From NCBI GenBank assembly GCA_013265495.1, contig MU057487.1, positions 682,001 to 746,000 of the forward strand: 64,000 nucleotides of DNA. The letters are read 5' to 3'. Below are positions 50,402 through 63,780 of this stretch, in pieces. Positions within the stretch are counted from its first letter, which is position 1. Each line of letters opens with the position of its first letter. The position numbers were made by a program, and so were the translations under genes. Source of the stretch: Vicugna vicugna. Taxonomy: Eukaryota. The notes beneath the pieces are model-generated. The model was not told where the DNA came from, ran no database searches, and worked only from the letters and a program-made list of their open reading frames with translations.

Positions 50402-52519
50402 GTGAGGTCTGCTTCGCGTTTGTATCTGCTCTGCTGTTAACTTGTAAATCTGAACTATAGCCATGAAGTATTTAGCTGGGTTTGCCTGAGCGGTTTGGCG
50501 AAGCCTAGAAGAAAGTGAAGCATAGCGTGGATATGTTACAGCTCCTTTCAGTCAGCAGCAGGCATGCTTTCAGGACTGGCTAGTGGGGGGGTGAAGAGAA
50601 GGGCAGGTTTTACGTTAAAAGTAAAATTGAGTATTATTAGAGCAAAGAACAAATTACACTTTCTGTGAGTCTGAGTCCTTAAATGAAGTACTCTTCATGC
50701 AACTGGAGTCTATGGGGGATGAGATGTACTGTCCAGCACAAGTATTTTTTATTTTTATAGAAGGCTTAACAAAACACAGGGACATAGATGGCCCAAGTGA
50801 AGATGAAAGTCACGTGCAGGACTAACAAAGACACTGAAAAGGTAAGAGAGGAGGTGTTATTCAGATGATGTTTGAAGAGTGTTAGATGAAGCGTGTGGGA
50901 AAGAATTTGAACAAGACTAAAGTATCAACATTTGTGACATACCTCTCCATGAATAGTAGAGTGAGAGAATTTTTTCTTTTGTCCATTATGAGAAGCTGGA
51001 TAAAATGTTTTTTGAAGAAAAACAAACACGCTTAAGTTGGCTGTTGAAAATCTTAATAGTCTAGATACACAGGAAAGCAAGAGTGAAAACCCCAAGCCCA
51101 AAATATTGTGCAGGAAGGCGATTAGCTATGTCCATTGGAAATCTCACTTTAGAGGTCAAATAACCATTAAGACTTCTGTAAAGGAGTGATGAAATATTGC
51201 CCCATTTCTGTTATGACAAACTTGACACCATTTGGTATAATCTTAACACAGTTCCAGCTTTTAGTAAGCCTTCTGTGAATTTCTTGTGTGATATATATAT
51301 ATGTATAAAAACTCACATGGTCCTCCAAATCACCTACATACTTAATACCAAGTTAATTTTAGCTTTACCAGAATCCCTAAAAGTGGAAGATCATTTGCTG
51401 CCACTGGTGATCAGAATAATGAAAGCAGAGCTATGAGAGATTACACAAAAAGTACCCCGAAAATGTGATGATGGGGTCATTGAAAAAAAAAAAAGTCTAT
51501 TGGAGGCAGAAGTTAAAGGCTAAGCTAAAGGCTATTTGTTTAAACAAATATTTTCTAGTATCTTAAAATTTAGATTCATAAATAAAAAGTAGTGGCAGAA
51601 GAGAGACAAAGCCCAGAGATGCTGCAGGAGCACTGAGCCAAACAGGGAGGGAGGGACTGCAGGGGGAGGCTTTGTACAGAGGCACTTGCTCTGTGCTGTC
51701 TGCATCCATCAGGGGATTTGCTTTACTTCCAACTTTGTTGGAAAAAAAAAAATTAGTGGTGTGTGTAAATGTTTATTAGAGCATGAGATTTGGTGGAGAA
51801 GATGAATGCATTACAGATAAATTTTCCTCTTTAGGTTTTATTTGAATTAATCATTCAGGTAATAAATCCAGATTTCTCCCCAAAATCTAGACAGAAGATT
51901 CATAAACAGTAGCGTCATGTGGCCTGTAGCCCAAGACTGTGTAAGCCATCAGCTTCATTATATTTATAGACAGTGTTACATCTAGAGGTGAGAAGGGAAA
52001 TATTCATGTTTTGTGCTTTCCTACAAATTTATTAGAAACCATCTGCAGGATTTCCTTAGTGGAAAACCAGGAGAGTTTCAAGAGAATAACAGTAATATAA
52101 AATTTAGGTTAAAAATTTTAGTCCGTGCTTAAAATGCTACCCAAGTGTCACTAACACCTATGCTTCTGAGCTGGCCAGCAGTTAACTTCAAATCTGGCTT
52201 CTGCTAGAATTTCAGTGATCTGAATTCTAATAGGAACATAGCCACAAGGCAAGTTTGAATTCATGAACTTCATCTTCCATCTTTATGGCAAATAATGGAT
52301 TCCCAACATGAAAATGTGTGACTGATTACAGCACAACACGGGAATTTCTGTTCCTAATCAATTACAACTAAGAGCGGTAGAGAACGTTACAGTTGCTTGG
52401 TATAATGGGGTTGGTGGGGACCGAGTGACATTGGGCATTCAAAGATCAATAATTTAATTAAAGTTAATACTTGTCTTGGGAGTGGAGGTTAAAAAGCTTG
52501 TGTTGGTGCTAGAAAAGAT

Positions 52520-53820
52520 AACCTGAATAAACAGCACAGGTCTTGCAAGGTTTATCACTGTCTGAGAGAGGGGTAACAATTACAGGAGAAGGCTGGGATG
52601 ATGCTCGTGGATTGGATTGGAATTGGAGAGGTCATATGAACTTAATACCAAGTATGCATACATGTATGCACATATATATATAAATTCTGTGTTTTTGTGT
52701 GTGAATATACACACCCATGCACATACATGCACACATGCAAACGTATATATATTAACAGATAAACACAAGTAGATACCCATGTGTGTATGGATACTTACAG
52801 ATATTTACTAGATCTGTCTGCTGAAAAGGTTTAGAAGCAATGACACCACAGAACCAGTGAGCTTACCATGTCCTCAGAATCTGGCTTTTCAAAACTGTTA
52901 TCCAATGAAAAGAACCAGGGTTCCCTGGAGAAGTGACTGATTCCAGGACTAGTGAGACAAAGAAAGTAAAGACACGCCTGAGATATTTTGTGGTGCCAGA
53001 AGCTAAGGAAACACAAAGTGATGGAGACATGCCAGAAAGACACAGGAGCCTGCTTATTAGAGCTCCAAAATCCAAGACAATCTTAGCACCAAAGTAAATA
53101 ATTCTTGTAATGGATTTAATCCATAAAATAAAACAGTAATCCATGATACGAATAAACATGTGAATAATGAGAGAGAGGAGAAAGCTCTTCTTAACTGTAG
53201 CATTCCAACTAATAAATGGAGAAGGAATGACGGAAATAGAAAGTCACCACTAAACACAACAGTAATAATTGTTTTAGGGAAGAAGTAATTGATGCTTAAG
53301 TACAAAGTGAAAAATAGTAACTTTTCAGTGGAGAAGCCTGGCAAACACAACTTCAAGCAAGTGTGCACCCTCATACACTGAAAAGGGCACATCACTTACA
53401 TCTGATTCCTGCCAACAGTGTGTGACTTGAATTTAATGATACGGACACATCAGACAAACCCAAACTGAGGGATATTCTCTGGCCAGTGCTCTCCAAGGTT
53501 GTCAGGGTCATGAAAGGCGAGGCGACCGAGGACCTGTTTCAGATTCATGGAGGCCAAGGAGACAGGACACAGAGTACAGCTGCTCATTGGATCAGAAACA
53601 GGATGTTGAGATAGGCGGTGAAATTCGAACCAGGCCAATAGAGCAATGCCAGCACAACACCATCATCTAATTTCCTGATTTCGGTAGTTACGCTCTTGTT
53701 ATCTAAGATGTTAACATTTGAGAAATAAGGGTAAAGCGTCTGTAGGAATTTTTACTATTTTTACAATGTCTTTGTAAATCTGAAAATATTTTAAATTGAA
53801 AAGTTGAATACTTAAAAAAA
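52520..53820 (+). mobile_element. Old LINE-1 3' UTR (L1MC/MD-like) in intron 2
   Basis: gaaaagaaccagggttccctggagaa...agtaacttttcagtggagaagcctggc...catcagacaaacccaaactgagggatattct. Confidence 0.75.
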
Positions 53821-54423
53821 TGAACCCAATTTTTGCTATGTGTTACTTATCGTATATAGTGACAGCTTGTAAATCAGTCACCCAAATGGCCGTGATAGCT
53901 GGTGACTCCTCAGGGCATCTTTAATGGACATCACACCTCCAACGTTGTTTCAGCTCAGTTTATACATGTCAACTAAAAGTCATGATTTGTACTCAGAGAC
54001 GGGGAGGCCACATGTTGCATTTATCATATTTTAATGTGGATTGAGCCCTTCAACATTTTTTTCCATAGTTGCCCCGAGTACTTGAAGTAGACGTTCAAGG
54101 GCAGGACTTTCTTAACCTCTGTGCTTTCACTTACATGGCCGGCAATCTAGAGCGGGGAGAAGACTCATCTTCAACCGTGGAGGTAGTTCATTGAACCCCA
54201 GTGGCAAAAGTTTAAAACACTAAAACAGGAACATCAGAAAGAGCGATCCTTTGTAAAAAGACCAGGGTTCCACAGTCACTGCAGTACTGGAACAGAAGAC
54301 GGAGCTCGCGTACTTAGAACGCGCCCCTCTGACAAACCTTCCCAGTTTCCGTTAATACTCTTAATGCTTTCTTCTAAGAATTAATCCTGAGAACTGATCC
54401 TCGTCCTCGTTTCTGCACTACAG

Positions 54424-54570
54424 GATAACATAAACATAGATGAAGCAGCCCGGTTCCTAGTGGAGAACATTCTCGCGAACCACCAAAGCTTCCCCAGTGA
54501 AGAAATCGAAGGCAGTATTAAACTGGATCCGGAGACCCTGAAAAAGGAAAACAAACCCCAGTGTTGCTGA
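54424..54570 (+). CDS. RAB32: RAB32 coding exon 3 (C-terminus with CC prenylation motif and stop)
   Basis: Acceptor cctcgtttctgcactacag|GAT; reads DNINIDEAARFLVENILANHQSFPSEEIEGSIKLDPETLKKENKPQCC then TGA; total CDS 675 bp = 224 aa. Confidence 0.97.
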   Translation, partial: DNINIDEAARFLVENILANHQSFPSEEIEGSIKLDPETLKKENKPQCC

Positions 54571-54901
54571 CTTGGCGTCTGCTTCTCTCGTGCGGATGCA
54601 GCCTGGCTTGCTTGGAACGAAGTAATGCACGAGAAAGGATCGTGGGTGGCGGCTGGCTGCTCTGTGAGTCTTCCCCGGGCTGCCCGTTGACAGGAGGACA
54701 GCCTGCGATGAAGGGGCCCGCTGGTGAAGGAGTCCGGCCGGCCAATCTGCACCTTCGCACGTGAACACCTGGGCCCCTGTGGTGGTTGCCATCACATTCA
54801 GGATAATGTTTATGTCCTCTTTAACGTCTTTTAAAATGACACTTCCTCAAGATTTGTTAAGGCTTACAAGGTGCGGCTTTCAGTGTGAGCACTGGGGTGG
54901 T

Positions 54902-54907
54902 AATAAA
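54902..54907 (+). terminator. Probable RAB32 polyadenylation signal
   Basis: First AATAAA after the stop (about 330 nt downstream), followed by a GT/T-rich tract (gtgagtctgtatttttgtctctgg near 54936-54960). Confidence 0.7.
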
Positions 54908-56470
54908 ACTTCCCCTGCAGCCTTAGGGTGATCCCGTGAGTCTGTATTTTTGTCTCTGGGTTCCATGCTCACATTCGAGGGAGGCTTTTGGACTCTTAGC
55001 CACAGAAGCTGGAAGTTCCTGTTTAGCCATCTTTTATTTTTCTAGTCAAAACTTGGGTACTCATGTAAAATTGTTATCCTTGCATATTGTAATTTAACCA
55101 GTCCTAGCTAGTGTGGCATGTGGTTATTCCTCTTAAACAATTAAAATGCCCTTCTTGATGACTCAGAAGCACTCGCACCACACTGGTACCCTGATCTAGC
55201 TGCTACCAGTTGCAAACATCATAAATGCACGTTTCTTCTTCTCTCTCCCCAGTCTGTCCTCTCCTCTCCTCTTCCTGTGTGTTTGTGTTTAGAGCTGAGG
55301 GCCTGACTCATAACTGCTGTCACAGTTCTAACTGGAGCTAGATTTTCAAGGCTATAATAATAATGGTTAAGGAGAGAATTTATTTCAAAACATCCAATTA
55401 AATTGAGATTCTGTATGTGCATTGTGGAAGAAGCTAAGTCATGTGTGGTTTTACACAAAGTTTTGAACATTTAAAGTGTAATACATGAGAAACTTAAAGC
55501 AGGCTCACAATATATGTTTTGTCATTTAGCCCAATTAAGGAAAAGAATAAATATTTTGACTGAAATCTTTGTTTTGAATTCATGTAGTTCTAGAAAGGTA
55601 ACATGGGGTATATACTTTTCTGCCTTAGAAAAGTTTGTGTCTGTTCATTTCTGCCTTTTATTTTTAAGAGACTTGATATCATGTGAAAGGTCCAGTTTAT
55701 CTCTTTCAAAGGAATTTCCAGAAATGTTTGCGACAGACCAGAGCCAATGCAGAATGAGGTCTTGTACATTAAGTATGAACTTGGACAGGAGAGATCTATA
55801 CATTTATTGAGCAGAGAAAAAAACGGCAAATTTCACTTGCGCTGACAGATGTGTTCTGAGAATAAGTAGTAATTGTCATGGACTATAAAACGTAGCTTGC
55901 TCTTCTCATTAAGCCTAAGCTTTGGTAGGAATCGCAAGTTTGTTTATATGTTATATATTTAAGTAAATAAACTCCTTAACCTCTTTGGACATGTATCCCC
56001 TATAGAATCAGAGTCTCTGAGGCCACAGAATACAGAGCAGACCCTGAATTAAGTAATACTCATTTAATTAATAGAACCCTTTTAAGTTTTAGAAAAAATG
56101 CATCAAATCTTGCTTTCTAGGAAACATATGTGTCATATTTTAAAATTTTTTTAGATTGAGTACAAAGTTCAACTTTTTAACCTTTCTTAAACTCCAGAAT
56201 CCAATATTATAAGTATTTTGAAATATTCATACCCAAACCAAAATGTTAGAAATACAAAGTTTATTCTAGGTAGTCACTGAAAGACTGAATTCCACTGCTT
56301 GGAATGTTCTTTTTTCGTATATTGATTTTTATTTTTTACAAGAAATTATCATGTTTAAAGTGATTTAGCAGTGGATTCAAAGTGGAGAGTTTTGCATTTT
56401 CTTTGCCGCATTTGTTATCTTCTCTTAGAATAATTTTAAGGATTGACAATACTTAAATAATTCTTTTTCT

Positions 56471-56570
56471 GGGGAGAGTGATAGCTTAGTGATAGAGTGC
56501 GTGCTTAGCATGCATGAGGTCCTGGGTTCAATCCCCAGGAAAATAAATAAAATAAATACATTTTAAAAAA
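56471..56570 (+). mobile_element. tRNA-derived SINE, camelid vic-1-like (short form)
   Basis: ggggagagtgatagcttagtgatagagtgcgtgcttagcatgcatgaggtcctgggttcaatccccag followed by an A-rich tail. Confidence 0.85.
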
Positions 56571-56734
56571 TTGCTTTCTGTAAACACTCAGGGTCCTGTA
56601 CGTCAGTGAGGGGTATTTTAGTCTATTTATCATTTCCTACACTTTAGAAGTGAAACTGAGTGAATATTTTGCTTTACTTTAAATTCTCACTACAATCTGT
56701 TTCTACAAGTTGAACATGAAACTTGGATTTAGGG

Positions 56735-57290
56735 TGCTGGAGAAGTAAAAAATTTCCTCTACCCTTTCTAGGTTCTTCTGGCTGATCTGAGAATTAAATT
56801 GACATGAGACAGATTAAAAGAAGAAGAATTTAATTATGTACACTTGGGGCCCTATAAGAAAAATGAGATCCAAGGACAATTTAGGCAGTTGAGGCTTGTC
56901 TGCCATCTGAGAGGAGGAGAAGCAGGCAGGGGCATGGGGCTTCAAGACGGAGGAAAGCAATTCACATGGAGACTGAAGGGAAACAAATGTTTACTCTGCC
57001 ACTGTGCAGAGACAGTGAGACACAGAGAGGACTCTGGTCTCCAGGCCCTGCCAGTTCCCCTCACCATGCCTAGCCCAGGCCATATTCTTTGTCGGTGTCT
57101 CAGGAGATGGTGTTCTTCCTGGACCAGGTCCTTTATTTAAATTCTCTTAGGCAGCAGTTAAAGGAGAAGGAAGGAAAAAAAAAAAAAAAAAAAGACTTCC
57201 TGAGTCTTGGGTTGCTTAAAAATAATCAGCCTAAAATAATCCTCATGCCAAAGAGACATATTCTGGGTTGGCAAATTTCGTTCCTCTACA
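56735..57290 (-). mobile_element. ERV1-class solo LTR
   Basis: TG...CA termini with 4-bp TSD aggg (56731-56734 and 57291-57294), the TSD length typical of ERV1. Confidence 0.8.
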
Positions 57291-57769
57291 AGGGTAAGCT
57301 GCATACATGGTTAAAGGCAAGAAGTGAATACTATGAAATTTCTTATTCACTTAATTGCTGAATGAAGACTTAGCCTCACTTCAGATAGTTTTATACAGTT
57401 GAAATAGTTTTCTGGGGATGGAGCTCAGAAATCCGCTTAAAAAATTTTTTTTTGTTCATGTTCATTTTGAAAACCTCTTATGGGTAGCAATAAAGTGTTA
57501 TGTAGTTTGAATTCTATGATTTTACATAAAGCAGGAACATTCCTAAAATATAGCACTTTAATTTCCACTTATAAATCAATGTTATTAAAAAATCTGTACC
57601 CCTTAAACAGCGGACCAGCGGAGTCAATTTGTTTTCATTCACTGAAGAAAATGAAGCCTAAGGGTTCTAACAGGCTGGATTAATCTCTGAGTAGTGCTGC
57701 TACAGTGGCTAGGCATTTGGAAAACGGAAGTCATATCTATGGCTTAGTTCCCCAAAGTGATACAATCTG

Positions 57770-58130
57770 TAAATTAATAAATGTAAAAACAAGGAATAAA
57801 ACTACAAAATCTTTAGCATGTATGGAACAAAAAATTTTTTGACTTTGGGCTAAGAAAAATCCTTAAATCTCCAAATGCTTAAAGCCAAAGAGGGAAAAAA
57901 TAGACACATTTGATTACATCAGTATGTCTTGTATAGCAAGATGATATATGTAAAATTATAACAACATCAAAGAAAATATTTGCAATTCATTTAGATGGAT
58001 GAGGATTACTAAGCAGGATAATAAAAAATAACTTGAAGGCAATGAGTAAAAATGAGCAAATAATGTAAAACCAGCATTTACAGAAGAGGCAATTCATGTG
58101 TCAAATCTTAGTATCCAAGAAACATAAAAG
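57770..58130 (+). mobile_element. Ancient LINE-1 ORF2 fragment
   Basis: aaaactacaaaatctttag...aaaatagacacatttgattacatc...gaaaatatttgcaa. Confidence 0.55.
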
Positions 58131-58322
58131 ATAAAGCAAAATTCACAAGAAATGTATGAGTTTGATTATATCTCTGGTTTTGAAGAACATGTAGGAAGAA
58201 CAGATAGTCATAATCTGCTGTTAACTCGATTTGTCTTGATAGATTCCTCCAGGTTTTCCCTCCGGGGTTGCTATTCACTTTACATTCCTGGCCCATGTCT
58301 TGCCTAGAAGTGAAACTACTGT

Positions 58323-59000
58323 TGTTGGGGAAATAGAATTAAGAACAAAATTTCCTCCCAAGCCAGACAACCTCTCCACAAAGGTAGAACAGAAAGAAAG
58401 TAGTTATTACTGAGTAAGCGTGAAACCAGAACGTGCTCATCACAGACAATATGCTAAGAGATTGTAGAGGCAGGAAGAAATTTCACCCTTTTACATAGCC
58501 CGGCAGATACGACCCATTCCATGCATGTGTTCAGGGTGCACAATAACTAGTCCTCAGACAAGAGGACTTAATAGGCACCATCTGTCACAGGCAACCCTAA
58601 GTCCACTTGACAATTGGGCTGACCATTGCGATAGCTAACGGCTTATCCAAAGGAAACATGTATTTCTGTCCTTATGGTGGGAGGTCGTCTTGCACATTGG
58701 CGTGAGGCTCCCATCAAAATTAGGCTTCTCCCCTCCCACGGAAACTAGGAGAGAGGGACCCTAACTTCCTTGATGGTTATATTTCAAAGAGATGGCTCCC
58801 AGGTCCCTGAACAAGCTGGTAAGAGTCTTTTAGCTTTAAAAATGACTTACATGCACTTCACAGAAGCAGAGAAAGAATTTACAAGTTTTCAAATGTAAAG
58901 ACTCTCAAAGGAAGGCGGTAAGGGCAGGAAGAACCTCTTTCCTTATTTTCCACAAGGAAAATTAAACCTCTTACTTTTAATTCGTATTTGTCATTACTAT
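58323..59000 (-). mobile_element. ERV1-class LTR (MER34/MER39-like)
   Basis: acctctccacaaaggtaga...caataactagtcctca...atttcaaagagatggctccc resembles recalled MER39. Confidence 0.65.
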
Positions 59001-60711
59001 CAACCCTAGGTAAACATTTGCTTCTGTGTACAAGGGAGAATACGGAGGAGCCTGTCCACTGCTGCCCTGAGTGGTGCGTTTTACATTGGTCAGTATGTTC
59101 CCTACACTATCACTGAAATGAAAAGGAATATTTCCATTTAAAACAATACTTAAGAACATAAAAACCACTTTGAATTATCTTGACTTTTTACTACAGTTAA
59201 TAGCATCACTTATGATTTTACACTTCTTGGATTTTACGTACTTTCTAAGTCAGTTAACTTTCCTATGACTAATAGCTGAAATTATTCAACTCAGACTTTT
59301 AAAATGTACATCTACATTTGCATGGGGTGAATTTTTTTGTTTTTCACTCTAGCCAGTGTTCAAGAACAGTTTAAAGAACCCGTTTTATTTGCATGTGAAA
59401 TCATATGAACTACCTATTTCTTTTACAAAACAGGATTTTGTTTTGAAATATAAATATATAAAACCACCATTCTTTTACTTCTGATTCTCCAGGTTGTGTG
59501 TGTATGTGTATGGTGAGATGAGAAGATAGGAATGTAGGTAATATCGTTTAGAATTAAATACAAAATACTGCTAGAACTATGTACATAGTAGTAAATCAAT
59601 CTATTGCCTCCAAAAGTCACCTGGATACAATCTGGTGTCGTCCTACTAGTCCATTAGTATTTCCCAAATCAAACCAATTATCTCTCAGTCTTCTTCCCAC
59701 TGCAGACCTGCTCTGAAGGTTTAAGTGTTTATATATTATAAAGTTTATGTTCAGTCTAACATGTAATGCTATCTTCTAATACTATGATTATTTTGCTGAT
59801 GTTTTTGAACCACTCTAAATGTATACCTGACTTACCCCTCCCTTTAAGAAAACTGCTTTTGTGTCCCTATTATATAGCTCTAGTCATGCCATTAAATTGT
59901 GATTTGAGAGCCTACTGAACTTTAAAGAAATACAGTAATTGCTTTAAGTGAAGTTGACATTGGTTGAATCTGGCTTCACTTTCAGCTCAACATACTGCTT
60001 CCCTGTCTGTCTGTGGTTTAAAGATGAAATTCTATGGGATTCTTTTCCTTTATTGATTACAAACTGAGATGTTCTCCAGATTTTTTTCCCTTATGGAAAT
60101 TTAGTTCTGTAAAGTACCGTAGTACCTCCATGCGGGTTTCATTCAGAATGATTATAACAGCTGGGAGTAGAGTCTAATTTTCATGGCATAACACCTTTGA
60201 AATTGAATATATACTCCAGAGTGTTTTTCATGGTACTGCTTGAGCATATTTCTATTCAATCCTATTTAAAAAGATGATTAATGGTAAATACAATGCATGT
60301 CGCAAATAATGTGTGATAGTTGGCTCTACACAGGAAGGGACTATGGTTAAAATCGGAACTGATGACAGGACAGATATATAAGCCATTCCTCAAGTACATA
60401 CACTGCTAAGCATATTATGTTCTAAAATAATGCTCACTGTTAACTGGAAATCAACTTAATGTTCAAACATTTAAAGACCCATCTCAGTGTAAGATGAAGA
60501 CTGATTGGGAAATCAATGCTAAGTTTAACATTTCTCACCATACATTTTTACTTAACTATAAAGGGAATAGGAAATGAATACTTCACTCTGTAGCAGATTT
60601 TTTGGGCGTTTCATAATTCAGTGAAGGACCCCAAAGAAGAACTTACTTGATGTAAATTTTAAGATAGCTCTAGGAGGAACCAAGCTAGGCTGAATCAAGA
60701 GTATATGAAAT

Positions 60712-60844
60712 TGGGGGAAGGGTATAGCTCAATGGTAGAGCTATACAGGGTTCAGTCCCCAGTGCCTCCAATCAATCAATCAATCAATCACAAACTAATT
60801 CCTTCCAATTAAAAAAAAATTTAAATCATAGACCTGAAAAAAAA
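60712..60844 (+). mobile_element. tRNA-derived SINE, camelid vic-1-like, internally deleted
   Basis: gggtatagctcaatggtagag...gggttcagtccccag, (AATC)n and A tail; perfect 15-bp TSD aagagtatatgaaat at 60697-60711 and 60845-60859. Confidence 0.88.
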
Positions 60845-61919
60845 AAGAGTATATGAAATCCACTGCTGTAACCAGCCCTTTCACTCATTGTTATTTAAGA
60901 CTGACTGTCCTGAATTATGGGTGCCAGACAGAATCTGCTGTGATAACTAAGACTTTACTCAAGTCAGTGGTCATGCACGGGCATGAAATACCATCGCGAT
61001 GTCAGCACCAGAATCCTGTACTTATAGTTCAAGGGAGACAACTGAAGGTTTTCTACGCTCCTTTAATTCCCCATGTACTATATTAAATCAACAGGTAAAG
61101 AAGCGAAACCTACATTTATTTTCTTCTTAATGAATTGGACAAGCTTCCAAACGGCTAATTCTAGTAGTGATATTTTTGGAACTGCATATTATGAAACAGT
61201 TAGTCTGTCTTTTAACTTTTACTAAATGACATATTTGTAAGTACATTTTTGAAGCCCTCTTGTTCTTTTCAAACCAAGTTTTAATGGTAAACTTGAAAGA
61301 GAAAATGAAACAGGTCTGTCAAATGGAATTACCTGTGAGCTTCTCCACCCACTCAGTCTATTCATATTAGAGAAGAAGTTTAGCGAAGTCCTGCTAGGTC
61401 CTTAAATGTAATTTTTCATTCTGTTCCCAGGCCCCATGTTTTAATGAAATATCCAATATGTCATGACTGGTTAACATGTTCTAACATTTGTTTTAGAAGT
61501 CACTTTAAAATATTGGAGTTCATTATTTCTAACGTAGCATTAGTATGTACCCTAAGTATTGGGAAATTAGTAACGCTTTAAAAAATAAGTTTGAAGTAAA
61601 GATGAGGTATTATACGCTGAATTCAAAATCGTTGTCCTATTTAATAACCATAATCACTTCTTAAGAAGCATTCTGATGTATAGTAAGATAACTTGGCATT
61701 TTAAATGAAAATCACATTATTAACTATGTCACAACTTTGTAACCAGATCAGAATTTATACAAAGTTATCAGGAAAAAAATAGGAACAGGAACTAAGAGTG
61801 ATAAACACTTAACTAGGAAAATTTTACCAAGGAGCAGCTATATAACCAATCATATTTCCAAGATTTTTTTTTTAAAACAAGAGATGAGTCAGAATCAGGA
61901 ACTTAAGGCAGATGCACCC

Positions 61920-62370
61920 TGTTATGTATTGAATTATGTCCCCCACAAAAAACATGTTGAAGTTCTAACCCCCAGCAGCTCAGAATGTGACCTTATTTGA
62001 AAATAGGGTGGTTACGGACATAACTAGTCCAGATGAGGTGCTACAGTAGGGTGGGCTCCCAATACAGTGTGACCAGTGTCCTCATAAGAAAATGGCCATA
62101 TGAGGACATAGACAAGGAGAACGCCATGTGAAGACAGAGGATTGGAGTTCCTTGACATCTACAAGTCAAGGAACACCAAAGATTGCCAGCAAACCACCAG
62201 AAACCAGAAAGAATCAGGGAAAGATTCTTCTATAGGTTTTGGAGGAGCATGCTACTGCTGAAACTCTGATTTTTGACTTACAGCCTCCATAACTATAAGC
62301 AATAAGTTTCTGTTGGTTAAGCCACCCAACTTGAGGTACTTTGTTACTGTAGTCCTAGGAAATGGATACA
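61920..62370 (+). mobile_element. ERVL-MaLR solo LTR (MLT1C-like), full length
   Basis: TG...CA ends with 5-bp TSD caccc (61915-61919 and 62371-62375); cagaatgtgaccttatttgaaaataggg and aataagtttctgttggttaagccacc. Confidence 0.88.
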
Positions 62371-62399
62371 CACCCTGACACCAATTCCTATTTTATTGA

Positions 62400-63780
62400 A
62401 CAGAGAAAGAAGTGGAAGTGGAGAAAAAATTAAAAAAAAAATGAAGGTCAAATTGAAAGCAGTACAAAGAACAAACTGCTGAAAATACAGTAAGGGATAT
62501 AGAATTCAAGATGGCAAAAAGAAATGGAACTAAAGTTGTTTTAAAAGTCAGAGGAAATGAAAGAGGGAATGGACAGTGAAGCTCTAACAACTGGTGTGCT
62601 CAGAATATGCTAAAATAAAGTGATTCATAGTTTGAAAATAATAAGGTGCTAAGGACATACTATGGCAATGCAAACAAACCAAAAAAAGGGTGCAAATATC
62701 AAGCAAAGTGAGGGCAGGGCAAAAAGCACCAAATGAGACACAAGAGAACATTTTATTACAAAAAGAGGAACCTATTATGGGAATCTAAGAGTGATAAAGG
62801 TGTCGTTTATCATCAACATTCATAAAAAAATTCTAGGAAGTACTAGAGAAAAAAATTGTAGTACAACACTTCGGTTGAACTTTCCTCAGTCAATTGTGGA
62901 ATAATATTAGATTCCAGCAAACACGTATACTCCCCACCCCCACAAAAGGCTATGTCTTATTTTCCAATAATCATGGAAAAATCAATCACAAAAGTCACCA
63001 TGGACCAGCCATGAAGAAACCTCAGATTCCTAAAGAAATAGAGTTGACAACATTCATCACAACTTATCACAGTAATAAGATCAGAAAATAGCAGAAGGCA
63101 CATAACCAAACCAGCTAAACAAAAACTAACCTGAATATGCCTCAGCCCAAAGAGAAAAGGAAACCTAATGTTACAGAATATCTGGAAAATAAATATGACG
63201 AAGACAGCACACATGGAGACCACCTGGCTGCAGGTAACAATACCAAAATCAAAATGCTTACTTCAAAATGATTAAGAATAAAACTGAATGGAATGAACTT
63301 TTGAACAGGAGTTTTAGAAGACCAGTGAAGGAATAAATTAATGCTAACAGCAGAAGTTTGTTTATTAGAAACAGAATAATTTTTGTAAAAGCTTTTTGGA
63401 GAGAGAGGATAAAATAGATAAACCTGAAAATTGTGGTATTGAAAAATAAATGATATTTATATGAGAAAGTAAAAAAATCCCAATTGAAAATCTTGCTTAA
63501 TACGATACAAATGAATTCAAAGGAAAATGTGATTTCTCAAACTTCTCCAGGGAGAAAAATAATCCAATTTTTATATTTGAGAAATAAGTGATCAAAAATT
63601 TAATTTTTACTTGGCCCAGCCCTCTTTGTAACAAGCATCACCAAAAATGCACCAAGTCTAGAATATATCACAGGGAACTCAATGAGACATTTAAGAAATT
63701 TATCTTCCCAATGCCATTTAAAACATTCCAATGCATAGAGCAAAGAAAGCTCTCCATTTTAAAGGAAGTTGGCTTTGAAG
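62400..63780 (+). mobile_element. Ancient LINE-1 ORF2 remnants
   Basis: Highly A-rich decayed text (actatggcaatgcaaacaaacc...; aaacattccaatgcatagag). Confidence 0.45.

Noticed and set aside
54381..54795. Antisense ORFs over exon 3
   Set aside because: Shadow frames of coding and GC-rich UTR sequence
56471..56540. tRNA-like sequence as a functional tRNA gene
   Set aside because: Degenerate stems, A-rich tail and related copies with TSDs identify it as a SINE head
59621..59720. Exon-like segment on the minus strand (cttcag|...ccag|gtgact)
   Set aside because: One open frame but no recognisable protein, weak splice signals and no partner exons
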